The notes under the pieces: generated by a model
Database searches by the model: none
What the model was told of the DNA's origin: nothing
What the model saw: only the letters and a program-made list of their open reading frames with translations
Shown here: positions 41,461 through 53,638 of the stretch, in pieces
Numbering within the stretch: position 1 is the stretch's first letter
How the letters are laid out: every line of letters begins with the position of its first letter
Assembly: GCF_001194135.2 (NCBI RefSeq)
Contig: NC_068994.1
Coordinates: forward strand, 57,508,634 to 57,572,633
Source of the DNA: Octopus bimaculoides
Lineage: Eukaryota
Reading direction: 5' to 3'
Length of the DNA stretch: 64,000 nucleotides
Program-made: the position numbers and the translations under genes

Positions 41461-43636
41461 AAAATATGTTACAAATATGTTAATATTAAACGTAAAATCA
41501 TTTATTGTAGACAATGACACCAATGAAAAAAGAAACCCTTTTGGAAGGCAAACGTATGTGTACAAATAGAAACCATAGAACAATCTAGGAAAGTGGTTTT
41601 ACCTCAGTCTTCGACCGACCCTTGCTTTTTCAAGTGGAAATAATTTCACGGAAATTGTGCTGAAAAGCTTATGGTAAGACTGTTGTACTTCTTGTGAGGT
41701 ATGACTAGAAAAGGTGCTGGCCCCTTATAATGCTTTTATGGGTTTTCTCCATATTGCAGATGTTCAGACCAGATCTTCTGCCTGAGAATGGTTAAACTTT
41801 AAGTTCGTTACTGTTACGTTATTAACGACCCACTACGCAGCATGGATATTGCCATTTCGTATTTGCTTGTCCCGTCATCCCAACATCCTTTTAATATTAG
41901 TTAATGCAGCTCTGCTATAACCCATATACGAGTATTATTCAAAGCGTAGCATGTTTTCATGCGTTAGACCCTATTAGCTATATTTATCTAAGTTGTAGTT
42001 ATTGAGTAACACATTCAGCAGTGAATATGTTGTTAGAGATCCAGGCTAAACCCATCACTAATTTAAACTTAGGTATGTGAACCGTCTTACCTGAATTAGA
42101 TATCACAGGTTGATAAATCTCTCAGTAACGCCAAGGAAGCGATTACTTTTCTTTTGATGAAGCTTGCATACAATCCTAAGATTCGTAAATCAGACGATCC
42201 AAGCCAGGCGATTTGTCCCTTGAGCAGCCATTCACTACCTCTCACATGTCAGTTGCATATTACAAATCTTTCACAGTCTCTTGTGGGCCCCCCACTAAGG
42301 GTCGCGGCAAACCGTCGTGTTAGCTACTAACGTCCATTAGCGTCTCTGACCAATCACTCACTCCGGAGTCGAGCTTACTACACTGCTATTGGAACACCGA
42401 ATACAATTGCTTGGAAGCGATTAACATGCACCCTCCCGGACCATCAGAGACCAAAATATGGCTGTGTTCATCTGTTACACTTCTATCACTTGGGCATATA
42501 AGATGACTTTTGTTCCTTCCGTTTTAGCACACGAACCCTATCTCTAGCAATGCAGCTTTCATATTTCGCACGGAAGAAACAGTCAATAGCAATTCTCTCG
42601 ATTATCAAGTCGCTTGTGATGTCTTTGCTAATTGCCTCTTCAAGCTCGCTAACAAATAACTCTAATTAGTCTCTATTTCTAGCTCTTTACTAAACATTGT
42701 CGAATCATATCTAATCGTCTGTTTCAGCGTGCTCCACCACTGGTTGTTGATGATCATCCTGTCAACTGCCGCTGAAATTTCCGTAGTCTCTGAGCACCGG
42801 AAAAAGCATGCTCAGCTCCCAATAATCAGATTCCTGTCTACGAATTTTATTTAAGCGACCGTACAGCTCACATATTTATGGTCAGTATAGCTTAACTGTT
42901 TTAAAATGTGAACACTCTACACCATCTCAATCCGCTATGAACATACTATCGAAGCACATTATGGATGCGACATGCCCATCCACATTATCTGCTAATCCAA
43001 TCACTGTCTGACAAATCGCTGTCAGTGTCTGACTAGATTATCATTATCTTCATAGTTTTTTTCCCACACATATCTCTAGTTGGTTGAACCTACACAATAC
43101 CATCATGCGTCTAAAATAAACTTCATCAGAAAATAACATTATTATCTCACAGTGAGATAAAAAAATTAAAAAAACATAACGTCATTATGTTATGTGCTTG
43201 TTGCTTACTGGACGTGCTCTTATGGAAGAGAGAGAGAGGGGGGAGAGAGATAAAGACAGACAGGCAGGCAGGCAGACAGAGATCAAGGGTGGGTGTGTAC
43301 TTCAGTGGAGAGAATCCCCCCCTCCCCACTTTTTTTTTCCTTTTTCTAGTTTTTTAAGTTGAAGAATTTCTTTGATTTATTTTTTCTTTCGGAAAAAGGG
43401 GAAGGCAAGAGCATTCATGTTTTTATCATAAGATCCTTTATTATTATTAACAGAATGGTCCCATTTCGGCTTTATCAAACCTCGTCAGCACAGATTAATT
43501 CGACATATTAAAGTTTCTTTTGCTATAATTATCGATATAAAAAACTACCATGTCATTCCCTACCACCGCTTTTTTGTTTGTTGTTTTATGTTGTTGTTTT
43601 TTTTTTAGTTTTTCTTATGTTCAACAAAATTATTTT

Positions 43637-43995
43637 TCATAACCTCCGCTTTCGTGAAGGTGGATGGATTATTTTTGTCGTGTTTGTTTGTTTGTCCGTG
43701 AATAAGATATCTCAAGAACCACTGGATGAAATTTTCAGGAACGTTTGGTCTCGTGACTGGCACAAACTGATTAGATTTTGAGATCGATCCGGTACGTAAC
43801 AAGGATTCTGAATTATTTTATCCTGATTTTTACTTAATTTTTTAGAGCAATCGGGTTCATTTTTAGTATTCTCATTTGTGAGAACAGTCGAGTTTATTTC
43901 AGATATTCTCATTTTAAAAATTATCTCCGGCTAATCGTTGAGAGGACGTTGGTGTTGCCTTGGCGGAAGTCTGCACTCTCTGAGTGCTCTTGTTA
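43637..43995 (+). mobile_element. Non-autonomous Helentron/HINE (DINE-1-like) element
   Basis: 5' aacctccgc...aagg followed by (gttt)n and gaaccactggatgaaatttt; 3' ccttggcggaagtctgcactctctgagtgc subterminal inverted repeat plus hairpin, next to a T-rich site. Confidence 0.55.
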
Positions 43996-44244
43996 TTATT
44001 ATTACCAGAGATTGAATATTGTCTTCGGAAGTGGATGGATGAAATAGAACCAAACTGGTGAGAGAACCTGTTGATGGTGACAAGTTCACCTCGCAACGAG
44101 AGAATTCGTGTCTGTGGTGTATGTATGATGATAATGCATGAGGTGCACAAGGAACAACAAGACGCCAAACAATAACGAATCTGTTCTATATTTAAGAGAT
44201 GAGGAATTATGTACATTATTTACATTTGATGGATATTTCCCCAA

Positions 44245-44290
44245 GACACCTGATGAAGGCTGGAAGGTATATCAGCCGAAACGTTGTGTT
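44245..44290 (+). ncRNA. Minimal type I hammerhead ribozyme motif, Penelope-type (second copy 52691-52734)
   Basis: GACAC-CTGATGA-A-GGCTG[gaaggtatat]CAGCC-GAAA-CGT-T-GTGTT. Stem I, core, stem II and a palindromic AACGTT stem III can be drawn by eye. Activity untested. Confidence 0.65.
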
Positions 44291-45663
44291 AACAACAAAC
44301 AAGATGATGACAAATATCCGTCAAATGTAAATAACGTAAATAACGAATCTGTTATTTCTCTAAACATTCACGCAGGTTCGAACAGTAATAGAGTCTTTTA
44401 CTTTTACTTCTAATTGCTCGTTATTGCAATGCGGCCATCGTATATATANNNNNNNNNNNNNNNNNNNNNNNNNNNNNNNNNNNNNNNNNNNNNNNNNNNN
44501 NNNNNNNNNNNNNNNNNNNNNNNNNNNNNNNNNNNNNNNNNNNNNNNNNNNNNNNNNNNNNNNNNNNNNNNNNNNNNNNNNNNNNNNNNNNNNNNNNNNN
44601 NNNNNNNNNNNNNNNNNNNNNNNNNNNNNNNNNNNNNNNNNNNNNNNNNNNNNNNNNNNNNNNNNNNNNNNNNNNNNNNNNNNNNNNNNNNNNNNNNNNN
44701 NNNNNNNNNNNNNNNNNNNNNNNNNNNNNNNNNNNNNNNNNNNNNNNNNNNNNNNNNNNNNNNNNNNNNNNNNNNNNNNNNNNNNNNNNNNNNNNNNNNN
44801 NNNNNNNNNNNNNNNNNNNNNNNNNNNNNNNNNNNNNNNNNNNNNNNNNNNNNNNNNNNNNNNNNNNNNNNNNNNNNNNNNNNNNNNNNNNNNNNNNNNN
44901 NNNNNNNNNNNNNNNNNNNNNNNNNNNNNNNNNNNNNNNNNNNNNNNNNNNNNNNNNNNNNNNNNNNNNNNNNNNNNNNNNNNNNNNNNNNNNNNNNNNN
45001 NNNNNNNNNNNNNNNNNNNNNNNNNNNNNNNNNNNNNNNNNNNNNNNNNNNNNNNNNNNNNNNNNNNNNNNNNNNNNNNNNNNNAAATTCGAAACTATTG
45101 TTGTTCTTGTTATTAATAAAGTGAGCTGAATGAAGCATTAGGGTATTGGAAACTATTCTTACCGGAATTTTCTTCCAGTTCTTAATTTTCTGGGTCCCAA
45201 TACCGTGAAAGTCGACTTTGCTGTTCATCATTTCGGGGTCGATGAAATATGTACCAGTTATGCACTGGGGTCGATGTAATCGATTAAACCCCCTCATCCA
45301 TAATTTCAGCCATTGAGCCTACTTTATAAAAAGATTATTATTTTCTTCATTGGTTATTACGCACAATCGATTGTTGATCGATTTACATCTGATTGATTGA
45401 TTTACATCTGATTAAAGTCAAGATAAGTCGTTCGATATTTACAGCTGCTCAAGTTGCCTCCTTTATTGGACATTCAACATTACGGTACATCATATAAACA
45501 CTGTTAAGAAGACAATACATTCACTTTGCGAATGTATACATGCATACATATATCAATATACATACATACAGACATACATACAGACATAAAAAACAAAAGA
45601 CGAAGACAGGTGTATGAACAACAAGCAATTGTATTAGTTTGACGCTCGAGAAAAAGAAAAAGT

Positions 45664-45699
45664 CTTTTACGTTTCGAGCCTAGGCTCTTCAACAGAAAG
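45664..45699 (-). ncRNA. Hammerhead-like motif with A6->U core variant (second copy 30235-30268 +)
   Basis: CTTT-CTGTTGA-A-GAGC[ctag]GCTC-GAAA-CGT-A-AAAG. Confidence 0.45.
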
Positions 45700-47329
45700 G
45701 AATAAGAGAAAATAAAGAGAGAGAGAAAGGGAAAAAAACTTGTAGATTTCAGCAGTTCAGCATAGATATAGACAGATGTGTGTGTGTGTGTGTGTNNNNN
45801 NNNNNNNNNNNNNNNNNNNNNNNNNNNNNNNNNNNNNNNNNNNNNNNNNNNNNNNNNNNNNNNNNNNNNNNNNNNNNNNNNNNNNNNNNNNNNNNNNNNN
45901 NNNNNNNNNNNNNNNNNNNNNNNNNNNNNNNNNNNNNNNNNNNNNNNNNNNNNNNNNNNNNNNNNNNNNNNNNNNNNNNNNNNNNNNNNNNNNNNNNNNN
46001 NNNNNNNNNNNNNNNNNNNNNNNNNNNNNNNNNNNNNNNNNNNNNNNNNNNNNNNNNNNNNNNNNNNNNNNNNNNNNNNNNNNNNNNNNNNNNNNNNNNN
46101 NNNNNNNNNNNNNNNNNNNNNNNNNNNNNNNNNNNNNNNNNNNNNNNNNNNNNNNNNNNNNNNNNNNNNNNNNNNNNNNNNNNNNNNNNNNNNNNNNNNN
46201 NNNNNNNNNNNNNNNNNNNNNNNNNNNNNNNNNNNNTATATATATTTCATACATACATAAATATACATTTCATATATATATAGATATAATATATTGTGTA
46301 TATCCAAATATAAATGACATTTGTAGGCGCAGCGGTGAATGTGTGCCTTGCTAACGAATGATTAATTTTTTTAATTATTTGAGAAATAATTCACCGAGAA
46401 TGTTACTAAAATATTTCTCACACTTATTTTTTATTACACCTAAGTGGTAGAAGTTATATTTTTCCTCTCTAAATCGTTGCATTATTTAGTTTTTAAAGAT
46501 ATTTGTCGATACTATTTCAGTCTGATAATGAACTCATATTAATGAATTTACATGTCTTATCTCAGTAACCCTAAATAATAATACCTGGTGTTTTTGTTTG
46601 AATCTTCCAGATCTGTGTTAAATGAAAAATCACCAATATTATTATTTTTGGTTTCTTCCATGGCTGATTTTGGGTGCTGTTCATACCTTTTAATAACTGC
46701 TATTTTTCTATACATATTTCAATGGTTGCATATCTTCCCGCGTAGCCATTCACCGAAATTCACATGGTGATTCTGCTATTCATTTGGTGTCGGTAACGGT
46801 CACTCCAAGATAAAATGCTTGTATCTACACTTGTAACGATTAAAGAACCTACTAGTTAGTTCCGCACCGTTTTTCATACAAATCCTGTTGAGGCCAGATT
46901 TGCCTTGCATCCTTTCGTGGTCGATAAATAAAGTTCCAGTTGAACGCTGAGGTCGATGTCATCGACAGGATTCCCCCCCCCCCCAAAAAANNNNNNNNNN
47001 AAAAAAAAAATGTCACGCCCTGTGGCTTAAAGTAGAAAGGGTTATGAGGATTATCATTACTATCATTATCATCATCATCATCATCGTCATCATCGTCGTC
47101 GTTGTCGTCGTCATAATAACTGGACGTTGTGCTTCTAGCCATACCAGAACGCAATCCCCTGTGTATGCCTGTGTTTGACCCATCCAAGTAATTATAATAA
47201 TGGTAATAATAATGTCTTATGATGTGAATGCTTTTATAGTATTTATATCATGTTCAGAGGTGAAATGTGAATTCTCACCCTTAAAATGGTTTGTGACATC
47301 TAAAATATTCCAATGATTTTTGCAGATTA

Positions 47330-48415
47330 CTACATTTTAGTTTCTTCTAATCCATTTACCGTTCGGTTATCGTTATTGCCGGACGTTGTGCTTCTGGCCA
47401 TACCAGAACGCAATCCCCTGTGTATGCCTGTGTTTGATAAACCTTCATAGGAAGGAGGTGACGGATTCGAAAGAGAAGTTTGTCCATATTGATTTGAGCT
47501 TTCTTCTGTTACACTCACTTTAACTGTATTTTGGGGTTTCCAAGAATTCTGAGGTTCTTTTTTCGATTCGCACGGATGTTGAGATTCAGTTTCAGCTTCT
47601 TCTTCTTTTATCAACTTTCGCATTCTATCCATTTCTTTCTTGGTTTTTTCCTCGCGTTTCTGGGCTTGTTGCATGGATTGCATATGTTTGTAGTACATGA
47701 CGAAATGATTGACAATTATAGGAACAGTGAAACCTACCATTAACAAACCAGTGACAGCACATAACGAGCCAACTAGATATCCGACGTTACTTGTTGGATA
47801 TACGTCTCCATAGCCAACCGTAGTCATAGTGATCAGCGCCCACCATAGACCTAAGGGAATGTTTCGGATGTTATGGTCTTCAGCGTAATAGATGAAAGTG
47901 GCAAATACAATCATACCGACAATCATGAAGCAGATCATCAACAACAAATCCCAGAAACTGGCTTTGAATGTGTACAGCATAATCCACAAGCCCGGAACAT
48001 AACGGACCAAGCGGAAAATCCTGAGGGCACGAAATATTCTTAAAAAATTCACGTAGTGCATTAGTTTTATTGCTAGAGTAACCTCAAGTGTGTGACCAGC
48101 GATAATCTCGATATAATCAGGCACAAGTGCGGCGAAATCCACAAAATTCAATGAATTCTTCGCGAATTTTTTCCTGCTTGGACAAGTGATGAACCTGAAA
48201 AACAAGTCACATGAGAAAAATGCGAGACAAATGAAATCGATTATAATCAATGCCGGATGAGGTACATAGGGGTACATATCCAAATATTCCGTCTTGTTAC
48301 TGCGTATTCGTCCCCAAAAACCGTGAATCCTTTCTACTTGGCAAGCTGGATGAGTAGCTACGATGAAAGACATTATGGACAGTGTAATAAACGCAACTGT
48401 TATCATGCCATAAAC
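47330..48415 (-). CDS. Kv channel-core exon, copy B (Shaw/Kv3-like, S1-S6 plus C-tail)
   Basis: Same motifs as copy A, with TTVGYGDVYP. Acceptor cgacag|GTTTATGGCATG at 48416/48415. The tail contains PPSYEGL and ends EETKM*. Confidence 0.92.
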   Translation of the reverse strand, partial: VYGMITVAFITLSIMSFIVATHPACQVERIHGFWGRIRSNKTEYLDMYPYVPHPALIIIDFICLAFFSCDLFFRFITCPSRKKFAKNSLNFVDFAALVPDYIEIIAGHTLEVTLAIKLMHYVNFLRIFRALRIFRLVRYVPGLWIMLYTFKASFWDLLLMICFMIVGMIVFATFIYYAEDHNIRNIPLGLWWALITMTTVGYGDVYPTSNVGYLVGSLCAVTGLLMVGFTVPIIVNHFVMYYKHMQSMQQAQKREEKTKKEMDRMRKLIKEEEAETESQHPCESKKEPQNSWKPQNTVKVSVTEESSNQYGQTSLSNPSPPSYEGLSNTGIHRGLRSGMARSTTSGNNDNRTVNGLEETKM

Positions 48416-48546
48416 CTGTCGATAGAAATAAAACAAAAAGAAGCAATTAAAATATGTTACAATCATTAATGTGGAACAAAATCAATTACTGCAGACGATA
48501 GCACCACCGAAATAAGGAAAAACCATTTGGAAGGCAACTTATGTGT

Positions 48547-48586
<40 letters not shown>

Positions 48587-48827
48587 CAAGTGTGATAATC
48601 CATGACACAAAATATTCAATAATTTACCACCACACCATTGAACAAAGATATTACCGTCGAAGAATAAGAAAAGAGCTTTATATATACGTCTGAGCCTTAT
48701 TCCAGGAAGAATGGTTTTGAGTTCCTCTCTTTAAAACGGTCGCTTGATTTACAAGAAACAGCAACCAAATCTACAGTCCTAGATATACGTCACATATAAT
48801 AACAGCTGGGATGTATTTGATTATATA

Positions 48828-49229
48828 CTCTTTTACTCTTTTACTTGTTTCAGTCATTTAACTGCGGCCATGCTAGAGCACCACCTTTGATCGAACAAGT
48901 CGACCCCAGGACTTATTCCTTGTAAGCCTAGTACTTATTTTATCCGCCTCTTTTGCCGAACCGCTAAGTTACGGGGACGTAAACACACCACCATCGGTTG
49001 TCAAGCGATGTTGGGGGGACAAGCACAAACACACAAACACACACACGCACATACATATATACATATACGACGGGCTTCTTTCAGTTTCCGTCTACCAAAT
49101 CCACTCACAAGGCTTTGGTCGGCCCGAGGCTATAGTAGAAGATACTTGCCCAAGGTACCACGCAATGGGACTGAACCCGGAACCATGTGGTTGGTAAGCA
49201 AGCTACTTACCACACAGCCACTCCTGCGC
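48828..49229 (-). mobile_element. Full-length tRNA-derived SINE, family B (other copies about 6250-6385 +, 13400-13585 -, 29858-30012 +, 33878-33926 +, 38585-38655 +, 49790-50195 -, 62868-63240 +)
   Basis: tRNA-like head GTGTGGTAAG..GGTTCAGTCCC, shared core ccttgtgagtggatttggtagacggaaactgaaagaagcccgtc, tail gcatggccgcag..aaatgactgaaacaagtaaaagagtaaaaga. Multiple dispersed copies in the window. Confidence 0.85.
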
Positions 49230-52200
49230 AAATATGTTTGCAACTAAACATTCAAAATGGCAACAAAAGACCTACCAGAAATAGCAGCCAAATCTCCCTT
49301 AAAGTGTTATCCCTTCATCTCAGACAAATTTGATATTTCCATCTGTATTGAATACGTTAGTATTAAATCGACAAAGACTGCTGGGATGGTCCCGACTGGA
49401 ATGCGTTTGATTGCCGCTCTGCTCAGATGAGGAGTCCTTGGGTCTAAACTACGAAGGACACCATTTTTCTATCTAAATAGAAAAACACTTTTTTTTTGCA
49501 AAGTGGTATGTCTCGAGTAAGCCATACTAAATTGGTCATTATTTTCAAAATCATCTTTAACAAAGATTAATTCAACAGAAAAGTACTAACAAAGGACTTG
49601 AAGCGATCTTTCTGGCACTCCGTCGGTTTCGACGACTTGCGTTCCAGTTGCACCAATCAACAAAATAGCCAGCACGTGAAATTAACGTACTCCACGAACA
49701 CGAGTACCAATAACGAAATTCTCGGTGAGATACAGCGTGAAACATGAATCGACCTCAATATTTTTTTTACTTTTAAAACTTACTGCTTAGTCTATCGGCT
49801 TCTTGTGCCGAAGTTACAGGACATAAACACATCAACACCGGTTATGAAGCGGTGGTGGAGAGAAATAGACACATACACAAACAAGCAAACATACAAAAAC
49901 GATGGTGGGGAAACGGGTTAGTCTAGCAATTTGAGTCAAGACGGAAACCAATGACGCTATGAGGACAAAATTGGAAGCGCATTGTGATCGGTGGTGTGTA
50001 ACAGCATACGATGGTCTGGCTAATACTGTCATATATATATATACGACGGGCTGCTTTTTGGTTTCCGTCTACCAAATCCAGTCATAACGCTTTGATCAGC
50101 CCAGGGCTATAGTAGAAAACATTTGTCCATGGTACCATGCAGTGGGACTGAACTCGGAACAATGAGGTTGGGAAGCAAGCTTCTTACCACACCAAGAATA
50201 TTTCTTTAATGCCATGTAGCAGAGAATGGATTTTTTAAATTCTAGCTTGTTTTTGGTTACCTTGACACACGAAATTTTGCCCAGTTGCTGCCCCACTCCG
50301 GAAGCGTATTACTAATATATCAATAGCAGTTCCGGTATATATATATATATTGCATTTCTAAATCTCTCAGAGAGATTTATACAGTAGCAACACGATAAAG
50401 TGATGGTATGTTGTCAACTTAATGTGGCAGTCCCATNNNNNNNNNNNNNNNNNNNNNNNNNNNNNNNNNNNNNNNNNNNNNNNNNNNNNNNNNNNNNNNN
50501 NNNNNNNNNNNNNNNNNNNNNNNNNNNNNNNNNNNNNNNNNNNNNNNNNNNNNNNNNNNNNNNNNNNNNNNNNNNNNNNNNNNNNNNNNNNNNNNNNNNN
50601 NNNNNNNNNNNNNNNNNNNNNNNNNNNNNNNNNNNNNNNNNNNNNNNNNNNNNNNNNNNNNNNNNNNNNNNNNNNNNNNNNNNNNNNNNNNNNNNNNNNN
50701 NNNNNNNNNNNNNNNNNNNNNNNNNNNNNNNNNNNNNNNNNNNNNNNNNNNNNNNNNNNNNNNNNNNNNNNNNNNNNNNNNNNNNNNNNNNNNNNNNNNN
50801 NNNNNNNNNNNNNNNNNNNNNNNNNNNNNNNNNNNNNNNNNNNNNNNNNNNNNNNNNNNNNNNNNNNNNNNNNNNNNNNNNNNNNATATATTATTTCTTA
50901 GCTAGATGTATTACGCTTCAGTATATATGGCTAAAGTCTTAGCTAGATGACTGTAATGCAAGAATGACTGTTTCCTACACAAATACTCACATTTATATTC
51001 CTTGATAAATATTTGGTGCTGTTTAGCATCTACATAAACGACAATGCTTCACATTTAATTAAACTTCACTACACACGCACGTCGATATCTTAAGGACCCC
51101 CATTCCTGCGCTCACTTTCTTGATCTTTTCCTCTCCATCTTTCTCAACTTCCACTGCATTCTTCTTCGCTCTCTCTCTCTATCTATCTATCTATCTATCT
51201 CCCTCTCTCCCTCTTTCTCCCTTTATCTCCCTTTCCTTCTCTCTCCCTCACTCTTCTCTCACCCCTTCATTACTCTCACAGTAATCCAGACTGCTTCCCC
51301 TTTTGCTTCAAATGCCTCACTGTTCATTTTATGACAAGACTGCTATATGAACAGGTTTCACAAAATAGGTGCCGATTCTATTTCTATTTCTCTAACTTCT
51401 CTTATTACTTTTACTTCTCTTTGGGTAAGATTAGAATTCTGAGCCTTAAATCATACACATCTGTGTTTATTTTCTTAGAATACATACTTCACATGATACA
51501 GCGTGGTTTCATATTTCCATTATTTCTCCATCACGTATTTTACTTACGTCTCTAACATCGTATGATATTTCTATGTTTTATATATATATATATATATATN
51601 NNNNNNNNNNNNNNNNNNNNNNNNNNNNNNNNNNNNNNNNNNNNNNNNNNNNNNNNNNNNNNNNNNNNNNNNNNNNNNNNNNNNNNNNNNNNNNNNNNNN
51701 NNNNNNNNNNNNNNNNNNNNNNNNNNNNNNNNNNNNNNNNNNNNNNNNNNNNNNNNNNNNNNNNNNNNNNNNNNNNNNNNNNNNNNNNNNNNNNNNNNNN
51801 NNNNNNNNNNNNNNNNNNNNNNNNNNNNNNNNNNNNNNNNNNNNNNNNNNNNNNNNNNNNNNNNNNNNNNNNNNNNNNNNNNNNNNNNNNNNNNNNNNNN
51901 NNNNNNNNNNNNNNNNNNNNNNNNNNNNNNNNNNNNNNNNNNNNNNNNNNNNNNNNNNNNNNNNNNNNNNNNNNNNNNNNNNNNNNNNNNNNNNNNNNNN
52001 NNNNNNNNNNNNNNNNNNNNNNNNNNNNNNNNNNNNNNNNNNNNNNNNNNNNNNNNNNNNNNNNNNNNNNNNNNNNNNNNNNNNNNNNNNNNNNNNNNNN
52101 NNNNNNNNNNNNNNNNNNNNNNNNNNNNNNNNNNNNNNNNNNNNNNNNNNNNNNNNNNNNNNNNNNNNNNNNNNNNNNNNNNNNNNNNNNNNNNNNNNNN

Positions 52201-52506
52201 NNNNNNNNNNNNNNNNNNNNNNNNNNNNNNNNNNNNNNNNNNNNNNNNNNNNNNNNNNNNNNNNNNNNNNNNNNNNNNNNNNNNNNNNNNNNNNNNNNNN
52301 NNNNNNNNNNNNNNNNNNNNNNNNNNNNNNNNNNNNNNNNNNNNNNNNNNNNNNNNNNNNNNNNNNNNNNNNNNNNNNNNNNNNNNNNNNNNNNNNNNNN
52401 NNNNNNNNNNNNNNNNNNNNNNNNNNNNNNNNNNNNNNNNNNNNNNNNNNNNNNNNNNNNNNNNNNNNNNNNNNNNNNNNNNNNNNNNNNNNNNNNNNNN
52501 NNNNNN

Positions 52507-52553
52507 GAGGAAATTTCGAACCTGGGTTCTCATTCCTAAGGTATTTTTCGATG

Positions 52554-52616
<63 letters not shown>

Positions 52617-52687
52617 TCACTGCCTGGAATCGAACTCGGAATCTTGGGGTTAGTAGCCCGCGCTCTTAACCACTACGCCATATACCC
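52507..52687 (-). mobile_element. tRNA-headed SINE, family D, with internal (AAT)n
   Basis: Minus strand GGTATATGGCGTAGTGGTTAAGAGCGCGGGCTACTAACCCCAAGATTCCGAGTTCGATTCCAGGCAGTGACC contains A and B boxes, then (AAT)n and atcgaaaaataccttaggaatgagaacccaggttcgaaatttcc. Confidence 0.75.
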
Positions 52688-53538
52688 TACACACCTGATG
52701 AAGGCAGGAGGGTATATCAGTCGAAACGTTGTGTTAACAACAAACAAGATGAGGACAAATATCCGTCAAATGTAAATAATGTGAATAATGTACATAATTC
52801 TTCATTTCTTAAATATGGAACGGTAGAATCTTTGTAGTGTCTAACAGATTTTTACGGTGCCACTAATAGACCGGATTTGGAGAATGCGCATCAGTTTCCT
52901 TTGATCGTTTTTCAAAAGACCTAGTATTTCTAGGGTTTTATGTAAATTTCTAGGTACATAGACTAATGAACATATGTATGTATGTATGTATGTATCTATG
53001 AATGTATGTATGCATGCATGTGTGTATGTGTGTATGTATGTATGTATAAGTGTGTAACTTGACGTAAAGTACATAAAATGGTAAGAAAGATCAGTAAGAG
53101 TGCACCAACAATAGTCATTTATTCCTGAATATCGCAGACGCTCCTGAAATTCATTCTATATTTCGTCTTACATATTTATCTGTTCACCAGTCTTTCTGCG
53201 AAAACAAAATAAAAGAACAGTTGGCCACGACTGGAGTGCCTTTCATGAAAACCCTACTGAATCGCCATGAGTCGTGAATGAAATGTCACTCTGAAAGGAG
53301 AACGTCCATCGCGAAAAAACATAATCTGAATTATCTCCCTTAGATCGAGAAGTTAGACTTACCTCCCTTCTTTCGTTTTCACTGAATGGACAACATTGAG
53401 TCTGAGACAGTATATTTCATTTAATTATTCTTTTATTTTTATTTTGTACATATTTATTTTACTGTTTGTTCATTTTAATTATTGTATTCTTTCATTTTAG
53501 TTTAATTTATTCTGAATTTTATTCTTCATCGTTATATA

Positions 53539-53599
53539 TAGGGATGGTCCTTTTGCCAGTAACCAAACGAACTATTATTTGACTGCCATTTTAGCCTTA

Positions 53600-53638
<39 letters not shown>

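Noticed and set aside
41428-41583. Hydrophobic N-terminal extensions in the ORF track for all three channels (also 48416-48466 and 61561-61686), which look like an extra S0 helix
   Set aside because: They are the translated polypyrimidine tract and intron. The copies align with frame-breaking indels, and copy B has an in-frame stop.
52613-52687. Possible tRNA gene
   Set aside because: It has A and B boxes but no clean acceptor stem, and it continues into (AAT)n and repeat body, so it is a SINE head. The same applies to family A and B heads.
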